DNA from: Hemiscyllium ocellatum
Taxonomy: Eukaryota
DNA: 64,000 bases
NCBI RefSeq assembly: GCF_020745735.1
Contig: NC_083409.1
Location: 12,647,259 to 12,711,258 of the forward strand
Reading direction: 5' to 3'
Shown one piece after another: positions 37,124 through 49,470 of this stretch. Under the pieces are notes generated by a model that worked only from the letters and a program-made list of their open reading frames with translations, was not told where the DNA came from and made no database searches. How positions within the stretch are numbered: the stretch's first letter is position 1; the number at the start of each line of letters is the position of its first letter. A program made the position numbers and the translations under genes.

Positions 37124-37948
37124 TTTCAAAGCTTGGGAGAAGATTTGTAGCTCGGGTGCTCGTTGTTGTGGTTCTGTTTGCTGAGCTGGGATTTTGTGTT
37201 GCAGACGTTTCGCCCCCTATCGCGGAGTCATCATCAGTGCTTGGGAGCCTCCTGTGAAGCGCTTCTGTGATGTTTCCTCCAGCATTTATTGTGGTTTGAA
37301 TCTGCTGCTTCCGGTTGTCAGTTCCAGCTGTCCGTTGCAGTGGTTGGTATATTGCGTCCAGGTCGATGAGCTTATGGGTTGAATCTGTGGATGAGTGCCA
37401 TGCCTCAAGGAATTCCCTGGCTGTTCTCTATTTGGCTTGTCCTATAATAGTAGTGTTGTCCCAGTCAAAATAATGTTGCTTGTCATCTGCGTGTGTGGCT
37501 CCTAAGGATAGCTGGTCCTACTACATAGGACAAACAGGAAGACAGCTAACGATCCGCATCCATGAACACCAACTAGCCACGAAACGACACGACCAGCTAT
37601 CCTTAGTAGCCGCACATGCAGATGACAAGCAACATGAATTCGACTGGGACAACACTACTATTATAGGACAAGCCAAACAGAGAACAGCCAGGGAATTCCT
37701 AGAGGCATGGCACTCATCCACAGATTCAATCAATAAGCACATCGACCTGGACCCAATATACCGACAACTGCAGTGGACAGCTGGAACTGACAACCGGAAG
37801 CGGCAGATTCAAACTACTACAAATGCCAGAGGAAACATCACAGAAGCGCTTCACAGGAGGCTCCCAAGCACTGAGGATGTCACCTAGACAGGGACGAAAC
37901 GTCTGCAACACAAATTCCCAGAACAGAATCGGCGAACAGAAGCACAAC
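37124..37948 (+). mobile_element. Penelope-like element 3' fragment (GIY-YIG) with inverted pLTR
   Basis: YYIGQTGRQLTIRIHEHQLA..EFDWDNTTII..REFLEAWHS; 37130-37500 is an inverted copy of the 3' end; TSD AGCCTCTTGAT at 37113-37123 and 37949-37959. Confidence 0.9.
37868..37906 (+). ncRNA. Minimal hammerhead ribozyme motif in Penelope pLTR
   Basis: GCA-CTGAGGA-T-GTCACC(TAGACA)GGGAC-GAAA-C-GTC-TGC: intact core, stem I GCA/TGC, palindromic ACGT helix III. An inverted copy with an intact core lies at 37201-37240. Confidence 0.7.
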
Positions 37949-38549
37949 AGCCTCTTGATATTTTAAATACACTGTCTGCAAGAAAATGCTTGGCAGAGGT
38001 TTTAACATTGTTTAATAAGACAAAGATGTAAATACACCAGTTTGTTTACAGCTATGAGCGTTTAACATCATGGTCCTTGTTTTAATGTACCCTCCCTCAT
38101 GGCAATACATTTTACAATGTTTCTCTCCCCTTACATGTTGTGAAGAGGTTTGCAAACGTGTTTTGATGAGGACAGTGAATCTTCAACACCGTTTGGTGGA
38201 GTGGGTGTCTGTTTGAATTCTCACTTGTGATAATACAGTTTTAAATGCGTCAGGGTTACTTTCCCCGCTGTCTGGGGGTGTCGCTGTCACTAACCCCACT
38301 CCACCCTTCCCTCTTGGGGTAATACTATTTTTCACATCATTTTGGACACATTTGGAGGGGAGCGACTTACCAGGGCCATTCAGTGGGGTGCAGGTCTCTG
38401 GCACAGTGTCTGACCCTGTTACACAGAAGGAAAGGAGACAAAGGAGGAGAGCGTTAGTCATTGGGGACTCAATAGTTCGAAGGTCAGATAGAACGTTTGT
38501 TGGGGATGAATGAGACTCATGTTTGGCGTGTTGGACCCAGGTGCCAAGG

Positions 38550-39956
38550 CTGAAAATGTGTTGCTGGAAAAGCGCAGCAGGTCAGGCAGCATTCAAGGAG
38601 CAGGAGAATCGCTGTTTCGGGCAAGAGCCCTACTTCGGGAATGAGGAAAGTGTGTCCAGCAGGCTAAGATAAAAGGTAAGGAGGGACTTTGGGGAGGGGC
38701 GTTTGGAAACGCAATAGGTGGAAGGAGGTTAAGGTGAGGGTGATAGGCCAGAGTAGGGGTGAGGGCGGAGAAGTCAGGAAGAAGATTGCAGGATAGGAAG
38801 GCGGTACTGAGTTCGAGGGTTGGGACTGAGACAAGGTGGGGGGAGGGGAAATGAGGAAACTGGAGAAGGAGGCCATCTGGATTGAACGGTATTCCTTCTT
38901 CAAAGACCGCAATTTCCTGCCAGACGTGATCGACGATGTTCTCCACTGGATGTCCTCCACTTCCCGCTCCTCCGGGCTTGAGCCCCGCCCCTCCAATCAC
39001 ACAGGACAGAACCCCACTGGTCCTCACCTACCAACCCACCAACCTCCGTATACAGCGTATCATCTGCCGTCATTTCCGCCACCTCCAAATGGACCCCACT
39101 ACCAGGGATACATTTCCCTCCCCTCCTCTCCCCTTCAGCATTCCAAAAAGACCACTCCCTCCGTGACTCCCTCGTCAGGTCCACACCCCCCACCAACCCA
39201 ACCGCCACTCCCGGCACCTTCCCCTGCAACCGCAAGAAATGCAAAACTTGCACCAACACCTCCCCCCTTACTTCCCTCCAAGGCCCCAAGGGATCCTTCC
39301 ATATCCTCCACAAATTCACCTGCACCTCCACACACATCATTTACTGTATCCGCTGCACCCGATGAGGCCTCCTCTATATTGGGGAGACAGGCCACCTACT
39401 TGCGGAACGTTTCAGAGAACACCTCTGGGACACCCAGACCAACCAACCCAACCACCCCGTGGCTCAACACTTCAACTCCCCCTCCCACTCCACCAAGGAC
39501 ATCTAGGTCCTTGGACTCCTCCATCGCCAGACCATAGCAACACGACGGCTGGAGGAAGAGTACCTCATCCTCTGCCTAGGAACCCTCCAACCACAAGGGA
39601 TGAACTCAGATTTCTCCAGTTTCCTCATTTCCCCTGCCCCCACTTTGTCTCAGACCCAACCCTCGAACTCAGCACCACCTTCCTAACCTGCAATCTTCTT
39701 CCTGACCTCTCTGCCCCCACCCCTACTCTGGCCTATCACCCTCACCTTAACCTCCTTCCACCTATCGCGTTTCCAATGCCCCTCCCCCAAGTCCCTCCTC
39801 CCTACCTTTTATCTTAGCCTGCTTGGCACACTTTCCTCATTCCTGAAGAAGGGCTTATGCCTGAAATGTCGATTCTCCTGCTCCGTGGATGCTGCCTGAC
39901 CTGCTGCGCTTTTCCAGCAACACATTCTCCAGCATCTGCAGTCCTCACTTTCTCCT
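38550..39956 (+). mobile_element. Penelope-like element (second family) with inverted pLTR, inserted in CR1 ORF1
   Basis: GTFPCNRKKCKTC..FTCTSTHIIYCIRCTR*GLLYIGETG..ERFREH (GIY-YIG); 38560-38875 inverted pLTR; TSD CCAGGTGCCA(A/G)GG at 38537 and 39957. Confidence 0.88.
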
Positions 39957-41581
39957 CCAGGTGCCAGGGTCCATGATGTTTTGGATCTTGTCTTTGGGGT
40001 CCTGAAGGGAGAGCGTGACCAGACTCAAGTCGTGATCCAACGACATAGGTAGAAAGAGGGATTGGGATGTAAAGCATGATTTCAGGGAGCTAGGGTGGAA
40101 GCTGAGAGCTATACAAAAGAGTTGTTATCTCTGGTTTGTTACCTGTGCCACGTTATAGCAAGGCAAGGAATAGGGAGAGAGATCAGCGGAATGTGTGGCT
40201 GCAGGGATGGTGCAGGAGAGAGGGTTTCAGGTGTATGAATAATTGGGGCACATTCTGGGGAAGGTAGGACCTCTACAAACAGGATGGTCTTCACTTGAAC
40301 CAGAAGGGTACTAATATCTTGGGTGGGAAATTTGCTGGTACTATTCTGGTGGGTTTAAACTACCACAGCAGGTGGATGGGAACCTGAGGTGTCATTCCAG
40401 TGCACGGGAGAATGAGAGAAGTGAGGGCATGGACAGGATTTCACGGTCACAGGAATGTGCTGGCAGACAACGAAGTGATTTGAAATGTGTCTACTTCAAC
40501 GCTAGAAGTATCTGAAATAAGGTAGGTGAGCTTGCAGCATGGATAGGTACCTGGGATTTCAAGGTTGTGGCCATTTCGGAGACATGGATAGAGCAGAGTC
40601 AGGAATGGATGTTGCAGGTTCCAGGTTTTTGATCTTTCATTAAGAACAGGGAAAAAAGTAAAAGAGGGGAAGGTGTGACCTTGTTAGTCAAGGACGGTAT
40701 AACGTTGGCTGAAAGAATTTTTGACAAGGACTCATCTACTGAGGTGGTATGGGCTGAGGTAAGAAACAGGATGAGAAGGCACACTGCTGGGAGTTCTTTA
40801 CAGGCCTCCACAGAGTTCCAGCGATGTGGAGGAGAGAATCGACAAAATAATTCTGGGTAAGAGCAAAAGGAACAGAGTGCTCATTATGGGGGACTTTAAT
40901 GTCCCCAACATTGACTGGAAATGCTAGAACTCTAATATATCAGATGGATCAGTTTCTGTCCAAATTGTACAGGAGGGTTTCCTGACACAGTATGTCGAAG
41001 GGCCGACAAAAAGAGAGGCCACAGTGGGTCTGGTGCTTGATAATGAACCAGGCCTGGTGTTTGATTTAGTGGTAGGAAGACACTTTGGTGAGAGTGACCA
41101 TAATTCAGTTCCATTTAGTTTAGTGATGGAAACGGATAGGTACATGCCACAGGGCAACAGTTATAGATGGGGGAAGGGTAATTATAATGCGATTAAGCAA
41201 GACTTAGGCTACATAGAATGGGGTAGCAAGATGCAGGGGATGGGGACAATCAAAATGTGGAGCTAGTTTAAGGAATAGATATTGCGTGTCCTTGATAGGT
41301 ATGTCCCTGTGTGGCAGGGGGGAACTGATAAGGTAAGGGATCCGTGATTTACTAAAGACATTGCATCTCTTGTTAAGTGGAAGAAGGAGGCTTCTGTGAC
41401 AATGAGATGAGATGATTCAGATGAGGTGATGGAGAGTTACAGATTAGCTAGGAATGAGTTAAAGAGAGAATTAAGAAGAGCAAAGAAAGGACATGAACAG
41501 TCTTTAGCAGGTAGAATAAAGGAGAACCCGAAAGCTTTCTATAGACATGTGAAGAATAAAAGGATGATTAGGGTAGGAATA

Positions 41582-42136
41582 CGCAAAAGTGATTAGATTA
41601 GACTTACAGTGTGGAAACAGGCCCTTCGGCCCAACAAGTCCACACCGACCCGCCGAAGCGCAACTCACCCATACCCCTACATTACCCCTTACCTAACACT
41701 ATGGGCAATTTAGCATGGCCAATTCACCTGACCCGCACATCTTTGTGACTGTGGGAGGAAACCGGAGCACCCGGAGGAAACCCACGCAGACACGGGGAGA
41801 ACGTGCAAACTCCACACAGTCAGTCGCCTGAGTCGGGAATTGAACGCGGGTCTACAGGCGCTGTGAGGCAGCAGTGCTAACCACTGTGCCACCGTGCCGC
41901 CCTATGCGCCCTATGCCGCCCGTGAGGAGTGCAGATGCTGGAAACCAGTGTTTAGATCAGAGTGGTACTGGAAAAGCACAGCAGGTCAGGCAGCATCCGA
42001 GGAGCAGGAAAATCGATGTTTCGGGCAAAAGCCCTTCATCAGGAATAGATGAAGGGCTTTTGCCCGAAACGGCATTTTCCTTGCTCCTCGATGCAGCCTG
42101 ACCTGCTGTGCCTTCCAGGACCACTCTGACCTAAAC
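41582..42136. mobile_element. Composite insertion: HE1 SINE (-) plus Penelope fold-back
   Basis: SINE ~41591-41903 and hairpin ~41927-42136, together flanked by TAGGGTAGGAATA at 41569-41581 and 42137-42149. Confidence 0.8.
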
Positions 42137-43979
42137 TAGGGTAGGAATAGGGCCAATCAAAGACAGCAGTGGGAAGTTGTGTGTGCACCCTGTGGAGATC
42201 GGAGAGGTGCTAAATGAATATTCCTCATCTGTTTTCACTCAAGAAAAGGAGAATATTGTCGAAGAGAAGAATGAGATATTAGACTAGAAAGGATTGAGGT
42301 TAGTAAAGAAGAGATGTTATCAATTCTGATAGGAGTAAAAGTAGACAAGTTCCCTGGGCTAGATGGGATAAATTTTTGGATTCCCTGGGAGCCTTTGGCT
42401 TTGATCTTTGAGTTGTCATTGTCTGCAGGTTTAGTACCAGAGGACTGGAGGATTGCAAATGATATGCCCTTGTTCAAGAATGGCAGTAGAAATGACCCAA
42501 GTAATTATAGACCAGATAGCCTTACAACTATTGGAGGAAAAGTTTTGAAAAGGATTATAAGAGATAAGATTTATAATCATCCCGCAAGCAACAATTTGAT
42601 TGCAGATAGTCAACATCGTTTCGTCAAGGGCAGGTCTTGTCTCACAAACCTCGCTGACATTTTTGAGAAGGTGACCAAGCATGTGGATGAGAGTAGGGCA
42701 GTTCACGTAGCGTACATGGACTTCAGTAAAGCCTTTGATAAGGTTCCACGAGGTAGGCTGTTGGAGAAAATGCAAGGCATGGGATTGAGGGTGATTCAGC
42801 AGTTTGGAGTAGTAACTTGCTTTCTGTAAAAAGGCAGCGAGTGGTGGTTGATGGAGAATATTCAGCCTGAAGTTCGGTGACTAGTGGTGTTCCATAAGGA
42901 TCTGTTTTGGGACCTGTTTGTCATTCTTATAAATGACTTGGATGCAGGCAGTGGTCGATTTGTTAGTAATATTGCAGATGACACTGAAGTCAGCGGAGTA
43001 GTGGATAGTGTGGAAGAATGTTGCAGGTTGCAAGGGGACTTGGATAATTGGGCTGAGAGGTGGAAAATGGAATTCAATGCAGATAAATGTGAGGTGATTC
43101 ACTTTCGGAAGAATAACAGGAAAGCAGAATACTGGGTCAATGGAAAGATTCTTGGTAGTGTGGATATGCAGAGGAATCTTGGAGTGCATGTACATAGATC
43201 CCTGAAAGTTACCACCCAGGTTGATAGTTCTGTTAGGAAGGCACAAGGTGCGTTAGGTTTTATTGGTAGAGGGATTGAGTTCCAGAGCCATGATGTCATG
43301 CTGCCACTGTACAAAACGCTAGTGTGACCTCACTTGGAATATTGTGTACAGTTCTGATCGCCCCATTACAGGAAGGATGTGGAAGCATTGGAAAAGGTGT
43401 AGAGGAGATTTACCAGAATGTGCCTGGTCTGGAGGGAAGGTCTTAGGAGGAAAGGCTGAGGGACTTGGGTCCATTCTCATTGGAGAGAAGAAAGCTAAGA
43501 AGGATTTAACAGAGACATACAAGATGATCAAGGTAGGGTGGACAGTTAGAGTCTTTTTCTAACCATGATAATGTTGGCTTGTACAAGCGGGCGTAGCTGC
43601 AAATTGAGGGGTGATAGATTTAACACAGATGTCTGAGGCAGGTTCTTTACTCATAGAGTGGTAAAGGCGTGGAATGCCCTACCTGCCAATGTAGTTAACT
43701 CAGCCACATTAGGGGCATTTAAACAGTCCTTTAGTAAGCATATGGATGCTGTTGGTATAGTGTAGGGGGATGAGCTTAGATTAGTTCACTGGTTGGCATA
43801 ACATCGAGGGCCGAAGGGCCTGTTCTGTGCTGTACTGTTCTATGTTCTATGTTCTGCAAATGTGGCTAATTTTGGTTAAGTACAGTTTTGCATACTTTGC
43901 TTAGTTCAGCTCTTTTGACCACTGTTCATTATTGCAGGGTCACACTGTCTAGAGTGTTCCTGCATTCTGTTGTGTACTA

Positions 43980-45200
43980 TTGTGTTCTGGGAGTCATGCT
44001 CGGGAAAGTATGTGAACACATTGGAGAGAGTCCAGAAGTGATTTACACGAATATTCCAGGGATGAGGTACTTCAATTGGGAAGAAAGATGGAAGATGTTG
44101 AGACTGTTTTCCTTGGAGAGTTGAAGGCTGAGAGGAGATTTGATTGAAGCTTTCAAAATCATGGAGGGTCTGGACAGAGTGACTAGGGAGAAAGTGTTAC
44201 CGCTCCTAAAAGGATAAAGCATGAGGGTGCACAGACTCAAGGTTATTCACAAAGAAACAAAATTAACACAAGAAGAAAATCTTCTCACACAGCAAGCAAT
44301 TAGCATCTGGAATGCACAGCCTGGAGCTGTGGTGGAAACAGGTTCACGTGGAGTACTGGACGGTTGGTTAAACAGAAACAATGTCTGGGGTCATTGGGAA
44401 GAGGCAGGAAATTGGCAGAGTCATAACACTCATTCAGAGAGCTAGTACATGCTCGATGGACCAAAGGACATCTCCTACACCGTCACAACTTCATGATTCT
44501 GTTGTTAATTTCACTTTTAACCCTTTAGTGCTATCCAATGTTATTTCCAATTATGTCACAGAATACAGGGTGGTCAGGACCAAAGTATGAAAATTGACAA
44601 TAGTGACATTGCCAATGAAAAGTAAGAAAGGTGAGCACAGTGACTAAGGAATTACACTGTATCATTATCTACTGAGGAGGAAGATGCCAGCTGGCTGTTC
44701 CATGGATATTAATGTTGGCTCAGTGATGGGCACTCTTCAAAATTAACAACAGCAACGTAGAATATAATGTTACTAAATGATGACAAACCCTCAGGATTAG
44801 GTGGTTTCTATCATCAAATTTTGAAGGAAGCTGGTCAGAACATTTCTGATGCTCTGACTTTATAATCTTCCAAAGTTCTCTCCATTTTTTAGCATTCATT
44901 TAAATGGGAAAATTGTTCATGTCATTCCACTGTTTAAGAAAAGTGAGAGATTACAACGAAGGAATTATAGACCTGTTAGCACAACATCTGTTGCTAGAGA
45001 ATTACTACAGTGGTTAAGTAAGGTTAAGGTGACTGTAAACCTTGAAAATGTTCAGCTAATCAGAGACAGGCAGTACAGATTTGTCAATTATAGGTCATGC
45101 CTGATGGAACTTGCCTGATTCTTTTTGAAGGGTTCACTAAAGTAGTGGAGGAGGGAATTGAGCTTAAACATCTCAGTCCAAGGACATCACTGCAGGAGTT
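43980..45200 (+). mobile_element. Older CR1-like fragments
   Basis: LERVQK*FTR..RLFSLE and degenerate PLFKK..NYRPVS motifs. Confidence 0.6.
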
Positions 45201-45239
45201 CCTCAGGGTAGTGAGTCAGGATCAACCACCAAGAAACTT

Positions 45240-47830
45240 TTCTGATTCGGTATGTGGATGTACCAAATAGAGATGGTGATCTAGGCTTGGGAAATAAGGC
45301 AGGACAAGTGACTGAGGTGTCAGTGGGGGAGCACTTTGGGGCCAGCAATCATAATTCTATTAGTGTTAAAATAATGATGGAAAAGGATAGACCAGATCTA
45401 AAAGTTGAAGTTTTAAATTGAAGGAAGGCTAACTTTGACAGTATTAGGCTAGAAAGGTAAAGGACAGCTGGGAAAAGGGAAGCCAGAGACAGTGCATTCC
45501 TGTTCGGGTGAAAGGTAAGGCTGAAAGGTGTAGGGAATGTTGGATAACTCAAGAAATTGAGGCTTTGGTTAAGAAAAAGTAGGAAGCTGGTATAGACAGC
45601 AGAGATCGAGAGAATCCTTTCAAAAGTATAAGGCAATAGGAGTATATTTAAGAGGGAAATCAGGAGTGCGAAAAGGGGACATGAGATAGCTCTGTCAAAT
45701 AGGATTGAGAAGAATCCAAAGAGTTTTTTTTATAAATACATTAAGGACAAAAGGATGAGAACTGGGGAGAGAATAGGGCCCCTCAAAGATCAGCAAGGCA
45801 GCCTATGTGTAGAACCACAGGAGATGGGGGAGATAGAAAATGAGTACTTTGCATCAGTGTACTGTGGAGAAGGAAATGGAAGAATGTGGGGAAACAGATG
45901 GTGACATCTTGGAAAATGTTCATATTTCAGAGGAGGAAGTGCTGAAAGTCTCGAAATACATAAATGTGGATAAATCCTAAGGTCCTGATTAGGTGTACCC
46001 TAGAATTCTGTGGGAGGCTAGGCAAGTGATTGCTGGGCCCTTTGCTAAGATATTTGTATGATCGATAGTCACAGGTGAGGTACCAGAAGCCTGGAGGTTG
46101 GCTAATGTGATGCCCCTGTTTAAGAAAAGGGGTAAGGAAAAGCCATGGAACTATAGACTAGAGAGCCCGACGTCGGTGGTGGGCAAGTTATTGGAGGGAA
46201 TCCAGAGGGACAGGATTTACAAGCATTTGGAAAGGCAAGGACTGATTAGGGATAGTCTGTATGGTTTTGTCCATGGAAATCATGCCTCACGAACTTGATT
46301 GGGGTTTTTGAAGAAGTCACAAAGAAAATTGATGAGGACAAAACAGTGCAAGTGATCCAAATGGACTTCAGTAAGGTGTTCGACAAGGTTCCTCATGGGA
46401 GATTGGTTAGCAAGGTTAGATCTCACAGAATACAGGGAGAACTGGATATTTGGATATAGAACTGGCTCAAAGGTAGAAGACAGACACTGGTGGTGGAGGG
46501 TTGTTTTTCAGACTGGAGGCCTGTGACCAGTAGAGTGCCACAAGGATCGGTGCTGGGTCCACTACTTTTCATAATTTATATAAATGATTTGGATGTGAAC
46601 GTAAGAGATATAGTTAATAAGTTTGCAGATGACACCAAAATTGGAAGCGTGGTGGACAGCGAAGAAGGTTACAACAGAGTACAATGGGATCTTGATCAGA
46701 TAGCCAATGGGCTGAGGAGTTGCAGATGGAGTTTAATTTAGATAAATGTGTGGTGCTGCATTTTGGAAAAGCAAATCAGAGCAAGACTTGTACACTTAAC
46801 GGTAAGGTCCTACAGAGAGCTGCTGAATAAAGAGGCCTTGGAGTGCAGGTTCATAGTTTCTTGAAAGTAGAGTTGCAGGTAGATAGGATAGTGAAGGAGG
46901 TGTTTGGTATACTTTCCTTTACTGGTCAGAGTATTGAGTACGGAGAGTTGGGAGGTCATGTTGCGGCTGTACAGGACATTGGTTAGACCACTTTTGGAAT
47001 ATTGCGTACAATTCTGGTCTCCTTCCTATCAGAAGGATGTTGTGAAACTTGAAAGGGTTCAGAAAAGATTTACAAGGCTGTTGCCTGGGTTGAAAGATTT
47101 GAGCTGCAGGGAGAGGCTGATTTGGCTGAGGCTGTTTTCCCTGGAGCGTCGGAGGCTGAGGGCTGACCTTATAGAGGTTTATAAAATTATAAGGGGCATG
47201 AATAGGGTGAATCGACAAAGTCTTTTCCCTGGGGTCAGGAAATCCAGAATTAGAGGGCACAGGTTTAGGGTGAGAGGGGAAAGATATAAAATGGACTTAA
47301 GAGGCAACTTTTTCACGCAGAAGATGGTGCATGTATGAAATAAGCTGCCAGAGAAAGTAATTAGATTAGATTACTTACAGTGTGGAAACAAGCCCTTCGG
47401 CCCAACAAGTCCACACCGACGCGCCGAAGCGCACCCTCCCAGACCCATTTCCCTCCATTTACCCCTGCACCTAACACTACGGGAAATTTAGCGTGGCCAA
47501 TTCACTTAACCTGCACATTTTTGGACTGTGGGAGGAAACCGGAGCACCCAGAGGAAACCCACGCAGACACGGGGAGAATGTGCAATCTCCACACAGTCAG
47601 TCGCCTAAGGCGGGAATTGAACCCGGGTCTCTGGTGCTGTGAGACAGCAGTGCTAACCACTGCTGGTACACCAGTGGTGGAAGCTGGTACAATTACAGCA
47701 TTTAAAAGGCATCTGGACGGGTAAAAGAATAGGAAGGGTTTAGAGGGATATGGGCCAAGTGCTGGCAAATGGGACTAGATTAGGTTAGGATATCCTGCCA
47801 GCATGACAAGTTGGACTGAAGGGTCTCTAT
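45240..47830 (+). mobile_element. CR1 LINE ORF2 remnant
   Basis: ANVMPLFKK, VPQGSVLGPLLFIIYINDL..FADDTK, LYRTLVRPLLEYCVQFWSP. Confidence 0.92.
47362..47662 (-). mobile_element. HE1-type SINE inserted in the CR1 3' region
   Basis: Reverse complement of the HE1 body with an (ATTAG)n tail. Confidence 0.88.
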
Positions 47831-48929
47831 GATCTTCACTGCTACATCTTCAATCACAAGGTTGACCACGCTGCAATAAATCACCTAGATACTCCAAATC
47901 CATGGCCTCACCATCCAGAACGCCAAGGGCAGCAGAGGTGGAAATGTATCAGTGTTCTTCTACTGTGGTGAGATACAGATCTTGTAACTCCATCTCCAAC
48001 AGCAGTGTGTGTACCCATGCAATGTACACTCCATATACCCCATTCTCCAGGGCTATTAGGGACAGGCAGTAAATGGTACCCAGACACCACAAACATGCGA
48101 GGGGAAAACAGATTACGGGTTTTTACATGCCACATGACCTGAGGTAGGGTAAGGCAGGAGAGGAGAAATTAACTGCTGGGTGAACTGACTCAGCTGCTGG
48201 GAGATGGACAACTCATGCAGCCTGTCTCTTATTGTGGCTGTGCTACCTATTTATTTCACCATTGAAGACAGTCCCCTCAGCTGTCGAGGCCCTAAGCTCT
48301 GAAACTGCCTTTCTGTCTCTTTTTCATCCTTCATGCTGCTCCTTAAAACCTATCCCTTCAATAAAGCTTTGGGTCATCTTGTTTCGTAATGCCTTATATG
48401 GCCTGTGGTGATTTTATTTTGTCCGATAACACTCCCACAAAGTGTCTGATCTAAACAGGATTGTCTGGAAGTATCCATGAAGTTTAGTCAGCATTTGTGG
48501 GGAAAGATACAGATAACATTTCAGGGGCTGATGTTCTTTCAAACTCAATTTACTTTTTCTGAAAAGGGAAATGCTGTTTGAAGCTTTTAATTTTGTTCTG
48601 ATCAGGACAGAATTGCAAGAATACCAAATCTCAAAGGATTATGTTGATTTTGTGGCAGGTCTAGGTCCTTGCGTTCTGGTTTTCTTTGTTTTGTTTTTGC
48701 ATGTGCCTTCACGTTTTTTGATGTTGGACTGAGTCCCCTGTGAGATAATGCACCTTTCCAGAGGAAAGATTCCTCTGTGGGTCAGCCTGGTCCTTTGTGG
48801 GTGGACTTGACCTTTGGAAAGACTGAACACCTGTGTGTGTGCTGGGAGGTGAGCATTTGCTGCTTCCTGGATTGGACCCTGGATTGGATGGGTCACTACT
48901 TCCTTGGGAAGAGCTCATTCATTCATCAG

Positions 48930-49470
48930 CGCTGCTGGAGGCGGGGCCAGTGACGTCACGCCACCCACCACGTGGTATTTGCTCACGTGATCACAGGGAC
49001 CACCTCCTGCTGGTCTTACGCCTCAACGTGGCGCAAATGAATCGATTGGTCCTTATTCGGTAAAAAAAAGTTGAACAGACTGAAGTGAAACCGATTATTC
49101 AAGCTGTACTTATATTTAAAATAGTAGTTCATAATAATTGGAGTGCGACCGATTCCATTGCCTTGCACGAATTCCTCCTTTTCCCTCAGTGGGGGAGGGT
49201 ATTCTCTGTGTCCGTGTATTGTTTGGGAGGTGGACCCGCCGATGCCGGCTCCGGGGTTGACCGGGACAGCGGGGGAATGACGTTTTAGAGAAAGCCGTGA
49301 GGTTACCCGCTGCGGTGTCATTGCGCAGGCGCGGTACGATAGGACGCGGTGTCATTGCGCAGGCGTGGGATTACCGGCCTGGGTCGTGCGCAGGCGCGCC
49401 GCTGCTGGCCAATGTGTCGTTGCGCAGGCGCAGCATGACCGGCCACGGTGCACGAGTCTTTGGATCGCGG
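48930..49470. promoter_or_regulatory. CpG-island, housekeeping-type promoter
   Basis: Only clearly CpG-rich tract in the window: GC box GGCGGGGC ~48939, CRE TGACGTCA 48951, CACGTG 48969 and 48984, and four TGCGCAGGCG(C/T) NRF1-type motifs at 49322, 49356, 49387 and 49421. Confidence 0.75.

Larger units (their letters stand above)
38440..43855 (+). mobile_element. Long CR1 LINE (esterase ORF1, APE, RT, 3' UTR) with nested insertions
   Basis: VIGDSIV (38457), APE SETW/GDFN/SDHNSV, RT DFSKAFDKVP..ADDT, and a (TATGTTC)n-like tail; interrupted at 38550-39956 and 41582-42136. Confidence 0.9.
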
